Positions 39,876-54,882 of a stretch of DNA of 64,000 bases are shown here, one piece after another (positions within the stretch are counted from its first letter, which is position 1; each line of letters starts with the position of its first letter). Source of the DNA: Eledone cirrhosa. Its lineage: Eukaryota. Where the stretch lies: positions 289,354,001 through 289,418,000 of the forward strand of contig OZ024741.1 of NCBI GenBank assembly GCA_964016885.1, written 5' to 3'. The position numbers were made by a program, and so were the translations under genes. The notes below the pieces were generated by a model that saw only the letters and a list, made by a program, of their open reading frames with translations, had not been told where the DNA came from and did no database searches.

Positions 39876-40057
39876 TATATGTGTGTGTGTGTGTGTGCGT
39901 ATATATATATATATGTATATATGTATATATGTATATATATATAGAGAGAGAGTTAGATAGATATAGATATATATGATATATATACACACACACACACACA
40001 CACACTCACATATATATATATATGTGTATAGATAGATATATATACAATGAGTGTGTT

Positions 40058-40089
<32 letters not shown>

Positions 40090-40929
40090 AGATTCACGTG
40101 GCATGTTAGCTTATTTCTATCGGTTTCCATCTCGTTTGCTTTTTGCTTTTATCGATAGAAATATTTATATATTATACAATGTAAAATTCAGGTAGATGGA
40201 TCGAATTCAATTAATTCTTAATATTTCGTATTTCATTCATGGCGAGTATATTCCTGAACTCCTATTTTCTTCACAAATCTTTTTCTATGTAACGTATTAC
40301 AAATTTTGCGAGAGCACCGGTGAAAATTGTTTTCCAGCAAAGTTTCACTGCCAGATAATACAAAGGTAAATCCCCTGCTCAAATCAGGTTGGACTAAATT
40401 ATATTATCATAAACCAAAATGCCTCTGAAGATGATCAGATCTCAGAAAAGTTAGAGCTTTTCCTAAGCATATCAAATAACATTCAGTTAATAATTTAAAT
40501 ATCTTAAAATCATCTCCGCTTTACCATGAGAGTTGCTAACGAAAGTTCTCTTTCTCCAACTGAGATAGAAATTTCAATTAAGACTTTTCTTAGTGTGGGA
40601 TTCAGTATAGATCCTTTAAACTAGTTATTTAAACTTGTGCCATTGGATCAATTGAGTTATTTCTTTAGCTTATTTTAGTATTTCATAAAACATGCCTGAA
40701 AGGAAACATCAAGTGTACAAATGATATACAAAATCTCAGCCAAAATATAACGTTCTTTTTTCTGTATGGCACAAAAGCAAACACATGCTACAGACTGAAC
40801 CACACACAGAGAGACACAGTCAAAGGAACATACAGTTATCCTCTTTTACCCTCTCTTCTCTATTTTCCCTCATTTTGTATGGGTTTTTATATATGCTTGT
40901 CTGGATATAGGAGTTGCATATATGTCTGT

Positions 40930-42230
40930 ATGAGTACGTGTGTGAGTATGTGTGTGAGTACGTGTGTGAGTTCGTGTGTGAGTACGTGTGTGAGTTCGTG
41001 TGTGAGTATGTGTGTGAGTATGTGTGTGAGTACGTGTGTGAGTATGTGTGTGAGTATGTGTGTGAGTATGTGTGTGAGTACGTGTGTGAGTTCGTGTGTG
41101 AGTATGTGTGAGTATGTGTGTGAGTACGTGTGTGAGTACGTGTGTGAGTATGTGTGTGAGTACTTGTGTGAGTTCGTGTGTGAGTATGTGTGTGAGTATG
41201 TGTGTGAGTATGTGTGTGAGTATGTGTGTGAGTACGTGTGTGAGTTCGTGTGTGAGTATGTGTGTGAGTATGTGTGTGAGTATGTGTGTGAGTATGTGTG
41301 TGAGTTCGTGTGTGAGTACGTGTGTGAGTTCGTGTGTGAGTATGTGTGTGAGTATGTGTGTGAGTACGTGTGTGAGTATGTGTGTGAGTATGTGTGTGAG
41401 TATGTGTGTGAGTTTGTGTGTGAGTATGTGTGTGAGTAGGTGTGTGAGTACGTGTGTGAGTATGTGTGTGAGTAGGTGTGTGAGTATGTGTGTGAGTATG
41501 TGTGTGAGTTCGTGTGTGAGTATGTGTGTGAGTATGTGTGTGAGTATGTGTGTGAGTACATGTGTGAGTACGTGTGTGAGTACGTGTGTGAGTACGTGTG
41601 TGAGTATTGTGTGAGTACGTGTGTGAGTAGGTGTGTGAGTTTGTGTGTGAGTACGTGTGTGAGTTCGTGTGTGAGTACGTGTGTGAGTTCGTGTGTGAGT
41701 ATGTGTGTGAGTATGTGTGTGAATATGTGTGTGAGTACGTGTGTGAGTTCGTGTGTGAGTATGTGTGTGAGTATGTGTGTGAGTACGTGTGTGAGTATGT
41801 GTGTGAGTATGTGTGTGAGTACGTGTGTGAGTATGTGTGTGAGTATGTGTGTGAGTATGTGTGTGAGTACGTGTGTGAGTACGTGTGTGAGTACGTGTGT
41901 GAGTTCGTGTGTGAGTTCGTGTGTGAGTATGTGTGTGAGTACGTGTGTGAGTTCGTATGAGTATGTGTGTGAGTTCGTGTGTGAGTACGTGTGTGAGTAC
42001 GTGTGTGAGTTCGTGTGTGAGTACGTGTGTGAGTACGTGTGTGAGTTCGTGTGTGAGTATGTGTGTGAGTTCGTGTGTGAGTACGTGTGTGAGTACGTGT
42101 GTGAGTACGTGTGTGAGTACGTGTGTGAGTACGTGTGTGAGTTCGTGTGTGAGTACGTGTGTGAGTACGTGTGTGAGTATGTGTGTGAGTACGTGTGTGA
42201 GTTCGTGTGTGAGTACGTGTGTGAGTACGT
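40930..42230. repeat. 12-bp-unit minisatellite (GAGTAYGTGTGT / GAGTTCGTGTGT)
   Basis: Direct reading; roughly 100 units. Confidence 0.95.
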
Positions 42231-42294
42231 AATCATAAAGAAATGTTGTTGGTGATGATGATATTCATAATGAGGATGTGATGGTGATGATGAC

Positions 42295-42640
42295 TCGATA
42301 GAGCATCGGCCAAAATGCTTTGTGGCATAGAGTTACAGATCTCTACGCTATGAGTCTGAGTTGAGTTCAATAGCACCGAGGTTAGCTTTGCCTTTCATCT
42401 TACGGGGTCGATAAAATAAAGTACCAGTCACGCACTGGGGTCAATTTAATCGACTTTCCCCTACCATTCAAATTGCTGGCACTGTGTCTATAGTAGGAAC
42501 AATTATTCAGATCGATTGAAAGAGCCGGTAGAGCATCGGACAAAAGCTTGGTGGTATTTATTCTGGTTCTTTACTTTGTGAGTTCAAATCCCGCCGAAGC
42601 CCACTTTGCCTTTCATCAATCCAGGGTAGATAAAATAATA
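42295..42640 (+). mobile_element. Two tandem SINE copies
   Basis: GAGTTCAA B-box-like motifs and CTTTGCCTTTCATC...GATAAAATAA body. Confidence 0.8.
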
Positions 42641-42670
42641 TACTAGTGAAGGGGCTTACTACCACCACCG

Positions 42671-42720
<50 letters not shown>

Positions 42721-42736
42721 GCATCCGCTGCTGCTG

Positions 42737-42785
<49 letters not shown>

Positions 42786-43086
42786 CGAAATAGAGCAGAA
42801 AGATGACGAGTAGTCGTAGGAGAAGGATGAGGATGAGGATGAGGCGGAGAGCTACAAAGACAAAACAAGAAGTGAACGCAAGCAGTGTTGTTTGACAATC
42901 CGTTACCCGTTGGCGACTTCCAAACATCAATTGTAAAGATGATTTACTCACACAGCTATCCATTATTTGTTTTTCCTGTTCTCCCATTCTCCCTACTTGA
43001 TCAAGCGTGTATAATCACGCACACACATATACACACATGTATATATAGAGGTGTGTGTGTGTGTGTGTTTATAGTTTACTTATATA

Positions 43087-43166
<80 letters not shown>

Positions 43167-43210
43167 GATTGATAGATAGATACGTATGTATATATATAAG
43201 TATACATAAT

Positions 43211-43243
<33 letters not shown>

Positions 43244-43274
43244 TTATATATACCTAATAGTTTTTAGTTGTTAC

Positions 43275-43306
<32 letters not shown>

Positions 43307-43337
43307 ATATATACATGTATATATATGTATATATAAT

Positions 43338-43370
<33 letters not shown>

Positions 43371-43392
43371 ATATATATATATACACACACAT

Positions 43393-43472
<80 letters not shown>

Positions 43473-43879
43473 GATAGTTTTTAGTTGTTATTTCAACTTC
43501 TAATTCAATAATAGCGTGTGTTGATTTGATGTTACGATGGTAACATGGTAAGAATAGTTGAAATCGCTAGTTAGTTAAACACTGGTGTGATACTGACGTC
43601 AATGGTATGAATAGTATGTGTATGGTGTTGAATGGTGTTGGATGGTATTGACTGGTGAGTGGGGGCAGAGAAAGAAAAGGGCTGATGGACAATGTTACGG
43701 AAGAAAAATACTACATAGGCGATTTGTTAGAATAATATGGTAACACAATTTCCTGTTTCGGTGAGTAAATCCGGTGCGACAAGTTCAGTTCCTTGAAGGG
43801 AATGTATACATCTTAGTAGATTGTCTATATGTCTGTGTAGATTTTATTGTTGGTTTGTGCATGTGTGTAAGTGTATGTG

Positions 43880-44322
43880 TGTGTGTGTGTGTGTGTCTGT
43901 AGACGTGTATGTTTGTGTATCTGTGGATGTGGATGTACGTACGTGTGAGAGTGCGTCGGTGGATGTGTGTGTGTGTATGTGTGTGTCTGTAGACGTGTAT
44001 GTTTGTGTATCTGTGGATGTGGATGTATGTACGTGTGAGAGTGCGTCGGTGGATGTGTAAGTGTGTGTGTGTGTGTCTGTAGACGTGTATGTTTGTGTAT
44101 CTGTGGATGTATGTACGCGTGAGAGTGCGTCGGTGGATGTGTGTGTGTGTGTGTGTGTGTGTGTGTCTGTAGACATGTATGTTTGTGTATCTATGGATGT
44201 GGATGTATGTACGTGTGAGAGTGCGTCGGTGGATGTGTAAGTGTGTGTGCGTGTGTCTGTAGACGTGTATGTTTGTGTATCTGTGGATGTGGATGTATGT
44301 ACGCGTGAGAGTGCGTCGGTGG

Positions 44323-44371
<49 letters not shown>

Positions 44372-44657
44372 TGTAGACATGTATGTTTGTGTATCTATGG
44401 ATGTGGATGTATGTACGCGTGAGAGTGCGTCGGTGGATGTGTGTGTGTGTGTATGTGTCTGTAGACGTGTATGTTTGTGTATCTGTGGATGTGGAATCGG
44501 TGGATGTGTGTGTGTGTGTGTGTCTGTAGATGTGGATGTATGTACGTGTGAGAGTGTGTCGGTGGATGTGCGTGTGTGTGTGTGTGTGTGTCTGTAGACA
44601 TGTATGTTTGTGTATCTATGGATGTGGATGTATGTACGCGTGAGAGTGCGTCGGTGG

Positions 44658-44702
<45 letters not shown>

Positions 44703-45630
44703 TGTAGACATGTATGTTTGTGTATCTATGGATGTGGATGTATGTACGCGTGAGAGTGCGTCGGTGGATGTGTGTGTGTGTGTATGTGTCTGTAGACGTG
44801 TATGTTTGTGTATCTGTGGATGTGGAATCGGTGGATGTGTGTGTGTGTGTGTGTGTGTGTGTGTCTGTAGATGTGGATGTATGTACGTGTGAGAGTGTGT
44901 CGGTGGATGTGCGTGTGTGTGTATGTGTGTGTGTGTGTGTGTCTGTAGACATGTATGTTTGTGTATCTATGGATGTGGATGTATGTACGCGTGAGAGTGC
45001 GTCGGTGGATGTGTGTGTGTGTGTGTGTGTGTGTGTGTCTGTAGACGTGTATGTTTGTGTATCTGTGGATGTGGAGTCGGTGTGTGTGTGTGTGTCTGTA
45101 GACGTGTATGTTTGTGTATCTATGGATGTGGATGTATGTACGTGTGAGAGTGCGTCGGTGGATGTGTGTGTGTGTGTATGTGTGTGTGTCTGTAGACGTG
45201 TATGTTTGTGTATCTATGGATGTGGATGTATGTACGTGTGAGAGTGCGTCGGTGGATGTGTGTGTGTGTGTATGTGTGTGTCTGTAGACGTGTATGTTTG
45301 TGTATCTGTAGAAGTGGATATATGTATGTGTGAGAGTGCGTCGGTGGATGTGCGTGTGTGTGTGTGTGTCTGTAGACGTGTATGCCTGTGTATCTGTGGA
45401 TGCGGATGTATGTATGTGTGAGGGTGAATGTGAATGTGTGAGTGTGTCGGTGGATGTGTGAGTGTGTGAGTGTGTGAGTGTGTCGGTGGTTGTGTATGTG
45501 TGTCTCTGTAGTCGTGTGTCTGTGTATCTGTAGATGTGGATATATGTATGTGTGAGAGTGTGTCGGTGCATGTCTGTGTATCTGTGGATGCGGATGTATG
45601 TATGTGTGAGAGTGTGTCGGTGGATGTGTA
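43880..45630. repeat. ~70-100-bp minisatellite with variable (GT)n spacer
   Basis: Unit ctgtagacgtgtatgtttgtgtatctgtggatgtggatgtatgtacgtgtgagagtgcgtcggtggat(gt)n; decays towards the right end. Confidence 0.9.
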
Positions 45631-46338
45631 TGTGCATGTGAGCGTATATATGTGCGCATGTATGTATGTGTCTGTATATAGGTGTGTGTATGTCTGTGGA
45701 TATGTATGTGTATTTTGTGGTTCGTTTGTGCACATGTGTCTATATATGTGTGTATGTAGATGTGGATGTGCATGTAAGTCTATATATGTGCGTATGCATG
45801 TGTGTGTCTGTATATAAGTGTGTTTATGAGTGTATATATGTGTGTATGTATATATGTGTATGTATATAAGTGTGTTTATGAGTGTATATGTGTGTGTATA
45901 TCTGTGGATATGTATGTGTATTTTAGTGTTCGTTTGTGCACATAGGTGTATGTCTGTGTGTCTGTGTATGTATAAGTGAATGTGAGCGTATATATGTGCG
46001 TATGCATGTATGTGTCTGTATATAAATGTGTTTATGTCTGTATATGTATGTGTATGTCTATGGAAATGTATGTGTATTTTATGGTTCGTTTGTGACGTAT
46101 ATGTATGTCAGTGTGTGAGCGTATATATGAGCCTATCCATGTATGTGTCTGTATATACATGTAAATGTATTTGTGTGAGTATGTCTGTGTATACATATGT
46201 GTGTGTGTGGATGTGTATCTGCGGTTGTTTATGTGCATGTGAACGTATACGTATATGTGCATATGCATGTATGTGTTTCTATATAGGCGTGATTATGTGT
46301 GTATATTTGTGTAGTGTATGCATGTCTTAAAGTTTGTA

Positions 46339-46428
<90 letters not shown>

Positions 46429-46890
46429 TTTGTATGTATGCGAATGTATGAGTGTGTGTATGTGTATGGACGTGTATGTTCATGTGAACGTATGCTTGTG
46501 TCTGAATATGAGCATGTTTATATTTGTATGTGTGTGTATGTATATATGTATAGGTGAGTATATAACTGAGTATGTGCCGGCGTCTGTATATGTATGTGTG
46601 TTTATGTGTATGTCTGTGAGCGCATGCGCGTGTGTCCTTGTGTGTGTATATATATATGTGTATGCGTGTTTATAGGTGTATGCGTGTCTAGTTAGTAGAA
46701 AACAAGGTTGAATTACGTTTCTTTTGATAGAATATTCTTCCCATTGTTGTTTTATTAGCTGATCAGAAGAGACTGTAAATGTATGTACCCTGCCCACCCC
46801 TAACACTTTTCTATGGTTTCTTCCCACACTCTTGCTACACACATACACACATACACATACACAGACACAGACACAGGCACACAAACACAG

Positions 46891-46941
<51 letters not shown>

Positions 46942-47036
46942 AACAAGTATGACCCCGACGGCAGAGCTCAACACCCTAAGTATTGAATACTTTGGTGCGT
47001 TATGGTCCATCTGGTTCCTTACCACATTTCCTTCGT

Positions 47037-47068
<32 letters not shown>

Positions 47069-47077
47069 CATACATAG

Positions 47078-47373
47078 TAAACAACATAAGATAATTATTC
47101 CATTTACCAAAGGTTTCACGAAGACCGACGAGCCTGACACAGACGTCTGACATCGCTCGTCAGAATGAACATTTATTTAAAATGGATGTGAGATACTTTA
47201 AATAAATTTTCATTCTGACGAGCGATGTCAGACGTCTGTGTCAGGCTCGTCGGTCTTCGTGAAACCTTTGGTAAATTAAATAATTATCTTATGTTGTTTA
47301 TTACATAACTAAAAAGCTCTGTAGTCTACATAGAGCACTCTCGTTTCCTTTACCTTTCCTACGGAAATACTTC
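47078..47373 (+). mobile_element. Fold-back mini-element, family D, with a hammerhead in each arm
   Basis: Arms 47078-47181 and 47197-47300; + motif 47209-47279 ttcatt-CTGACGA-gcga...tcgt-GAAA-cc(ttt)gg-TA; - motif 47099-47169 with stem I ttcatt/aatgga; tail 47301-47373. Confidence 0.85.
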
Positions 47374-47406
47374 ATATATATATATATACATATATATGTG
47401 TGCGCG

Positions 47407-47456
<50 letters not shown>

Positions 47457-47472
47457 TGTGTGTGTGTGTTTG

Positions 47473-47540
<68 letters not shown>

Positions 47541-47552
47541 TGTGTGTGTGTT

Positions 47553-47598
<46 letters not shown>

Positions 47599-47605
<7 letters not shown>

Positions 47606-47975
47606 AGTAAGTCAAACATGTTAAATTTGGCTTCGTTTATTATAAATTCTCTGCTATATATATTTCAGTGACAGCTATTAGGCATTCCAGTTCATCGTAG
47701 GACTAACAACACACACAGGAGCTGGACATATCGATGAATTGACAGAGTGGAACACATGTACCTGCTCTTTCTACATTAATTCGTACTGCCTGAAGAGGTC
47801 ACAGCCAACAATAGCTGTCACTGAAATATAACTAGCAGATAACAAACGAAGCCAAATTTAACAAGTGTGACTTACTTATTTTACATTACTCCGGACTAAA
47901 CAAACCAACCAGTGTACTTCGTCGAGTGCTCCAACCTGCGTAGTGCGGTGTCGGTAAACAACCAACACATACTAA
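47599..47975 (+). mobile_element. Fold-back mini-element, family E, hammerhead at 47786-47838
   Basis: ctgc-CTGAAGA-ggtcacagc...gctgtcact-GAAA-tataac-TA-gcag; inverted arm 47599-47679 mirrors 47810-47883; tail follows. Confidence 0.8.
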
Positions 47976-48194
47976 AAAAAAAATATATATATATTTTTCT
48001 TTTTCCTTTTCCTTTTCTTTTTTCCCTATTCCAACGGCTTAATTTAAATGTATGAGATTTAAACCTTTCCGACACTAATTTGCATAATAGACCAATAATA
48101 AAATTAGTAACCCCACTATCCGGGAGCTTCCAACCGACATGGTTGCATTCTTTAAGGGTATGTCAATATTTGTTTATAAAACTGATCTATATTA

Positions 48195-48259
48195 TATTTT
48201 ATCTGATGAAAGTGCACCATAATTTGCTTTGGTGTCCTTGAAATATGTATAATGAAATA
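48195..48259 (+). ncRNA. Type I hammerhead ribozyme, family F
   Basis: tattttat-CTGATGA-aagtgcacca...tggtgtcctt-GAAA-t(atgt)a-TA-atgaaata; 8-bp stem I; element runs on to (TA)n at about 48390; fold-back copy at 61296-61569. Confidence 0.8.
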
Positions 48260-48388
48260 AATATGGTTTTATAAATATAGTTTCCATTTGTTAATATATT
48301 GTATTTTTAGTCCCAAAATTTGTTGAGTGCTTTATATCAGTTATACAAATATTTGCTTGTTGTATCCCAACAAATTAAATATAACTTC

Positions 48389-48474
<86 letters not shown>

Positions 48475-48501
48475 TATATATATATATTTTATGTCAATCG
48501 T

Positions 48502-48587
48502 CTCTACCCTCTTCCAGACATACGGCATGTTTATATATATATATATATATATATATAAACATGCCGTATGTCTGGAAGAGGATAGAG
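48502..48587. repeat. Palindrome centred on (TA)n
   Basis: ctctaccctcttccagacatacggcatgttt-(AT)n-aaacatgccgtatgtctggaagaggatagag. Confidence 0.9.
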
Positions 48588-49440
48588 GGGGTTGACATAA
48601 CTGAACTCCCATTAAAACATCACATCACTAAACGAAGGAATGGGAAATGTTATCTTCTGTAAGAGTTTAACACACAAAATATGACGTTGAGCAAATTAAA
48701 GATTAAAACGGAATAAACAAAACTTAACTCTCACTATAATATATATTCTTAGAAATTTCAAACGCAGAAAATACCTGCAAACGCAGTCAATTGTTAGAAA
48801 ATAGGGTTTAAACTACAATAGAAAGAAAAAGGGGCCAGCAGCTGTTAAGAAAAATCGAAATTTGTTATTCGCAAATTCCTGCTGGGTACATCGTACTATT
48901 GAGCTAAACGACCTTATATACGTTTAGCTTAGCAGCCAAAAAATATGATAAATTATATCTGTATCAATATAGAATGGATGTAAATAAGGCTGTGTAAATG
49001 TTTTAGATAAATTGTTAAAATTTTAGTATGTAGACATATATATATACAAAACATATGTAATTTCCTGTAAATTAAAAGAAAAAAAAACGATGGTAAATAA
49101 CTTGAATCGACTTTTGAAACTTGTCGGTTCCCCATCTGATGGTGTGCGTATCATCTAAAGAGCCACAAGTAAATCCATAAATTCATTATACATATTATAC
49201 ATTGAGTAACTGCATTACGTAAAGTTTCAAAGATGTGAAAGATTATACCTCCCATCTAAAGATCCAAGAGGATATTTTCTCACTCCTCTGAAACTTTATA
49301 TAATGCAATTCTGAGTCAAACGGTTTACACATACACATACAAAGACATAGGCACACATACTCTCATACACACACATACACAAACACACGCACCATCCAGC
49401 ACACATGCAGGGATGCACACAGAAACGAACAGAAGACCTA

Positions 49441-49873
49441 TCAGACGGACCTGTCCAAGATGTTCACAGAGTGATGAAACAGTTCTGCTACGCACTCGTC
49501 TAATGTCCGAGCATTGCTCACTTATGGAGTTTTGTCGAACAGCTATAATAGCATGAAGGATGGATCTGGTTATTGATTGACTTCATCGTGAGGAACGCCT
49601 CACCGATTTATTTGTTTGGAAAGGAGAGGCAGTTGTCCTATGTCTGGTGGCTGTAGCAATTGGTTGTGTGGTGGACGCAGCTGGAAGGACTGAAGACTGA
49701 AACCCTCTTTGACAAATCCCTCATCAACATTTTCAAGTTCTACTTGGAAAGAAAGTGAGGGTAGAGATGGAAATGCTGCCCCTAGTACATTTTTTAAAAA
49801 GGTGGGTGAATGTAGCGAGAATTACCTGTGTTGTTTGGCCTACTCTGACTAGGCGCCTGTAAACTGGAGAATT
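49441..49873 (+). pseudogene. Decayed 3' fragment of the Tx1-type LINE ORF2
   Basis: Aligns by eye to about 30672-31110 (acctgtccaagatg..gatgaaacagttctg..aaatccctcatcaac..ggtgggtgaatgtagcgagaat) with stops and indels. Confidence 0.9.
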
Positions 49874-49896
49874 TTGTTATAATAATAAATTTCGTA

Positions 49897-50263
49897 CAAA
49901 TAAATGTTGCCAGAAATCACAATGTTTAATATTGTCAAGTAAGAAATTTGTAGAACTTTGTAGAAAATAAAAACAAATGTCTACAAATTTCATACTTGAC
50001 AACTAATATTAAACTTTGTGATTTATGGCAACATTTATTTGTTCATATCTTTATCATAGTTTCGGATATAATAAATATATACATTTATTAAGTTAACACT
50101 GAAGTATAAGTAAGAGAAGATGTATAGACTTTGTTTCATTTTTATATGAAATCAATATTAAATAAAGAAATCTTTGTATATCTATTGGGTCATCAAGTAT
50201 GAAATTTGTAGAAATTTGGTTTTCTTTTAGAAACTTTTACAAATTTCATACATGACGACCCAA
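49897..50263. repeat. Two related imperfect hairpins (49897-50040 and 50183-50263)
   Basis: Both contain tcaagta(t/a)gaaatttgtaga and its complement. Confidence 0.7.
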
Positions 50264-50555
50264 TAATTTCTTGTCATCTCTTCTATTAACATTTCTTATA
50301 TTTATTTTATTAAGATATATTATTATTCTATATTTATGCGACACACCGAGTTAGTACATAGAACAATAGTCGTAGTGTTGTTGTTGTTGGTTTTGTGTGG
50401 TGGTGGAGATTGTAGTATATGTGGTAGTAGTAGTGGTGGTTGTGTTATTATCAGTAGTATTAGAAGTAGCACTATTAGTAAAAGTAGTAGAAGTAGTTGC
50501 AGCAGCAGCTGCAACAGGAGTAGTAGTATAAGTGGTAGTACTAGTAGCAGCAGCT

Positions 50556-50599
<44 letters not shown>

Positions 50600-50915
50600 T
50601 GTTGTTGTAACAGCAGCAGCAGCAGCAGTAGTAGTAGTAGCAGTAGTAGTAGTAGTAGACTTAAGAATTGGAACATGATTTAGCAAAACTATTAATAAAT
50701 AGATAGATAAGTACTAAACTTAGGGAGACTATATAAGAATAACGAATATAAATAAAAGGAAAAGGTGGGTGAAATTTAAAAAATAATTATTATATAACAA
50801 AGATTGTATAAGAATGGCTATATAAACAAATTGAATAAGATCAAGAAATGAAAAGAACATGTACATACACACACACACAGACATATATATATGTGTGTAT
50901 ATATGTGTGTGTGTA

Positions 50916-50957
<42 letters not shown>

Positions 50958-51022
50958 TAAATTTGTATATATATATATATATAAATTTATATATGTATAT
51001 ATATGTATATATATATATATAA

Positions 51023-51095
<73 letters not shown>

Positions 51096-51306
51096 TATTT
51101 AAATATATATATATATGCGTTTCATATTAATGAGTGAGAAGATCCTGAACAATAGACATCACACAGCTCTGTATTTTACAATATATAGCATTATGTCTTG
51201 AAAGTCGTCCCTTTGCTGTTATTTTTTGCCTGTCATAATTGTTACTCTGTACAGAATGAATAGGTTATCTTATCGCGAGTATTGCTCTAATTACAAATGC
51301 TCTGTG

Positions 51307-51371
<65 letters not shown>

Positions 51372-51415
51372 GTACATACATAACTATATACACACACATA
51401 CACACACACATACAG

Positions 51416-51521
<106 letters not shown>

Positions 51522-52067
51522 GTGCCGTTGCTCTAATTACAGTGTTTACGTAGTTATGGATATATGTTTATGTACATATAAATGTATATTTATATGTATA
51601 TATGTATATATATAGATATATATGTGTGTATATATATATTTATACTAATAGACACATATGTGCGAGAATATACATGTATACGAACGTAAATGTATTATGT
51701 GGATGTCATAATTGCTTTTGATTGCTAGTTCATCATGATTTAAGTTAGGCCAGTTCATCAGCATACTACTACACACTTATCAGTCGCCATTATAATCACC
51801 AGCGGTAAAACAATTCATATTAGAAGGGGCGTAATATAATGGCTGAGGACATTTATTACACAATGACACTGAAATATACTTATGCAGACATATACTTACA
51901 AGTGTGTTGATGTACATAGATATATATACACACTTGCTCTTATTAGAAAAAAATGATGTCAGCGTATACACTCATAAGCGTCGACGAAGAAGCATTGCTT
52001 GGCTCAGAATTGTCCATTTATATATATGCATACGGACACACACACACACGTGTGTGTGTGTGTGTGT

Positions 52068-52117
<50 letters not shown>

Positions 52118-52224
52118 TTTTTGTTTATATATATATATATATATATAAAGGTTTGCCCCGACACACCAGTATGGCCTCAGTCTAATCACTCAAAACAGTA
52201 AAATATGATATATATATATATATA

Positions 52225-52349
<125 letters not shown>

Positions 52350-52399
52350 CGAGAGAGACAGAAATAAATAGTTAGATATTCATCTCACTCTCTTTCGAT

Positions 52400-52470
<71 letters not shown>

Positions 52471-52669
52471 AACACACACATAAACACACTCTAACACACC
52501 AACGGCTTTGCCTTTGATTGATTACTTTGTGTTTGATTTGAAAAAAAAATTTACCTGCAACAATATGATGCTTCTAAGTCAATCAACGAATAATGTCTTA
52601 CTCGTCAACCCCAACAAAAAAACATAAGATTAGTACTTTGTAGGCACACATACATACACACTCACATCA

Positions 52670-52790
<121 letters not shown>

Positions 52791-52896
52791 TTTCTTTATA
52801 ATTTAACAGAGATTGGGTGTATATTTAAGCTTTCGACAAGCTTGCTCTGTCTTTATCAGACCAAGCATACATAGATACGTGTATACGTATATACGC

Positions 52897-52969
<73 letters not shown>

Positions 52970-53504
52970 TACTAGTGCGGTTATTTATATATATATTTAT
53001 ATACATGTATACGCTCACACACACATATATATGTACATATGTATATATATCTTTCCATACAAAGGCGCGCACTGCACATATGACACTGAAACACAAACGA
53101 ACACACACATATACATGCGTATGTATATATGCATATATGTATATATATAAACCGATATGTTCATAATCAACGAGGTGAAATAAGTCCCCCATTTTCATGA
53201 ATTTTCATTTGGCTATTTTGCTATTTTGTTTGATACCACCTAGCCAAACCACTTAATAGTGTACAGTAATTACTTGCAAGCTGTCATTTATTATAGACAG
53301 AGACATCCCATGCAGAAGGACGTTTCTATGAGATGTCTCTGTATCCCTGTCAACCGCTACCTTTACATCTGTACATTGCGAGATTGTTTCTACGGTTCTT
53401 CTGTATTGCTCAACTGCCATCGATAAAACGTGCCTCTCATACTTGGCATTTCTCACTTTTCGTTCTGTTTAGTAGAATATTTGATACTAGTAGATCAGTG
53501 CTTT

Positions 53505-53720
53505 CAATAATGGTTTCTTATATAGGCCAGCAATTTTGAGGGAAGGGGGAAGTCGATTAAACCGACACCAGTGCGTGACTGGTACTTTATTTTATCGACT
53601 CCGTAAGGATGAAAGGCAAAGTTAACCACGGCGGGATTTTAACTTAGATCATAAAGGGCCGTAACTCTATGCCGCAAAGCATGGCGTCCAACCTTCTACC
53701 AATACTGTTAATCCTCCGCC
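53505..53720 (-). mobile_element. tRNA-derived SINE with apparent target-site duplication
   Basis: Same family as 2452-2987; atcagtgctttcaataatg occurs on both sides (53494-53512 and 53721-53739). Confidence 0.85.
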
Positions 53721-54319
53721 ATCAGTGCTTTCAATAATGATTGTAGTAGCGTTAAACGTTTTTAACTCTTGCAGTCCAATTTTGGTCCGTAAAATATACC
53801 TGGATTACTGCATATAGGAAAAAAATCACCAAAATCTAAAATTTGCAATTTGATAAACTTATTGTTTGTAGTTTAGAAACCCTATAGTTTATATTTATTA
53901 CCAAAATGTGTGAGTGATTAAAGAAAGAGAAAATGATATTTAAACAATATATTTCTAGAATATAATTACATAAATATACAGCATGTATATACAACTGACA
54001 TGCAAGTTTGAATGTATGAGTAACTTTGGACAAATAATTATTTACACGTGGCGAAATGTTGCGATTTGTTAGTTGCTTTATTCAGCGTTGTAGGTTCACG
54101 TTTGCGGTATGTCAGAGATTATTGCGGTATGTCAGAGATAACCTTGAAAGTTGTGTTGCTGTGGAAATGTGTCGAATACGAAATCGTACACAATGTGACG
54201 AAAGTTCTTAACACCAGTAAATAAATGATAAATGTAAAATGAAATAAATGTGTATACAGATATGTGTGTGTGTATATATTGATGTATATATATTTGGCAA
54301 CATGACCCTCCCAAAGTAT

Positions 54320-54387
<68 letters not shown>

Positions 54388-54389
<2 letters not shown>

Positions 54390-54849
54390 CGTTTCTGAAT
54401 TTGTTTAGCAAGATTCTTTATCTGAAATCGTGTGTTGAAACCGATATTGTTATACTTTGGGAGGGTCATGTTGCCAATAAGAAACACACGCACCAGTTGC
54501 TTTCACTTCAATTTATTATAATACATTTATAATAAATTTATAAATTTATAAATTTCTGGTTGGTTGGTTGGTTCCACAACCCGATAGTTGTTTATATATT
54601 GTCATAGTTCTTTCGTCAAAGAAGAAGCACAAAAACAAAGAAAGGAATCCCCAGTCACTGAAGAGGTCACAGAGTGTGTGACGAAAGAACTATGACAATA
54701 TATAAACAACTATCTGGTTGTGGAACCAACCAACCAACCAACCAGAAATTTATAAATTTATAAATTTATTATAAATTTATTATAATAAATTGAAGTGAAA
54801 GCATCTGGTGCGTGTGTTTCTTATTGGCAACATGACCCTCCCAAAGTAT

Positions 54850-54856
<7 letters not shown>
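54388..54856 (-). mobile_element. Family B second copy; hammerhead at 54654-54696(+)
   Basis: Near-identical to 6330-6926 but with a different fold-back junction; an extra arm end lies at 54293-54326; (TA)n flanks. Confidence 0.85.

Positions 54857-54882
<26 letters not shown>

Noticed and set aside
40421-40458. CTGAAGA-tga..tca-GAAA motif
   Set aside because: Stem I does not form and there is no TA or fold-back context
40879-42255. CEYV and THSY repeat ORFs; superficial CRISPR-like periodicity here and at 43880-45630
   Set aside because: Tandem minisatellites without unique spacers or cas genes, in eukaryotic context
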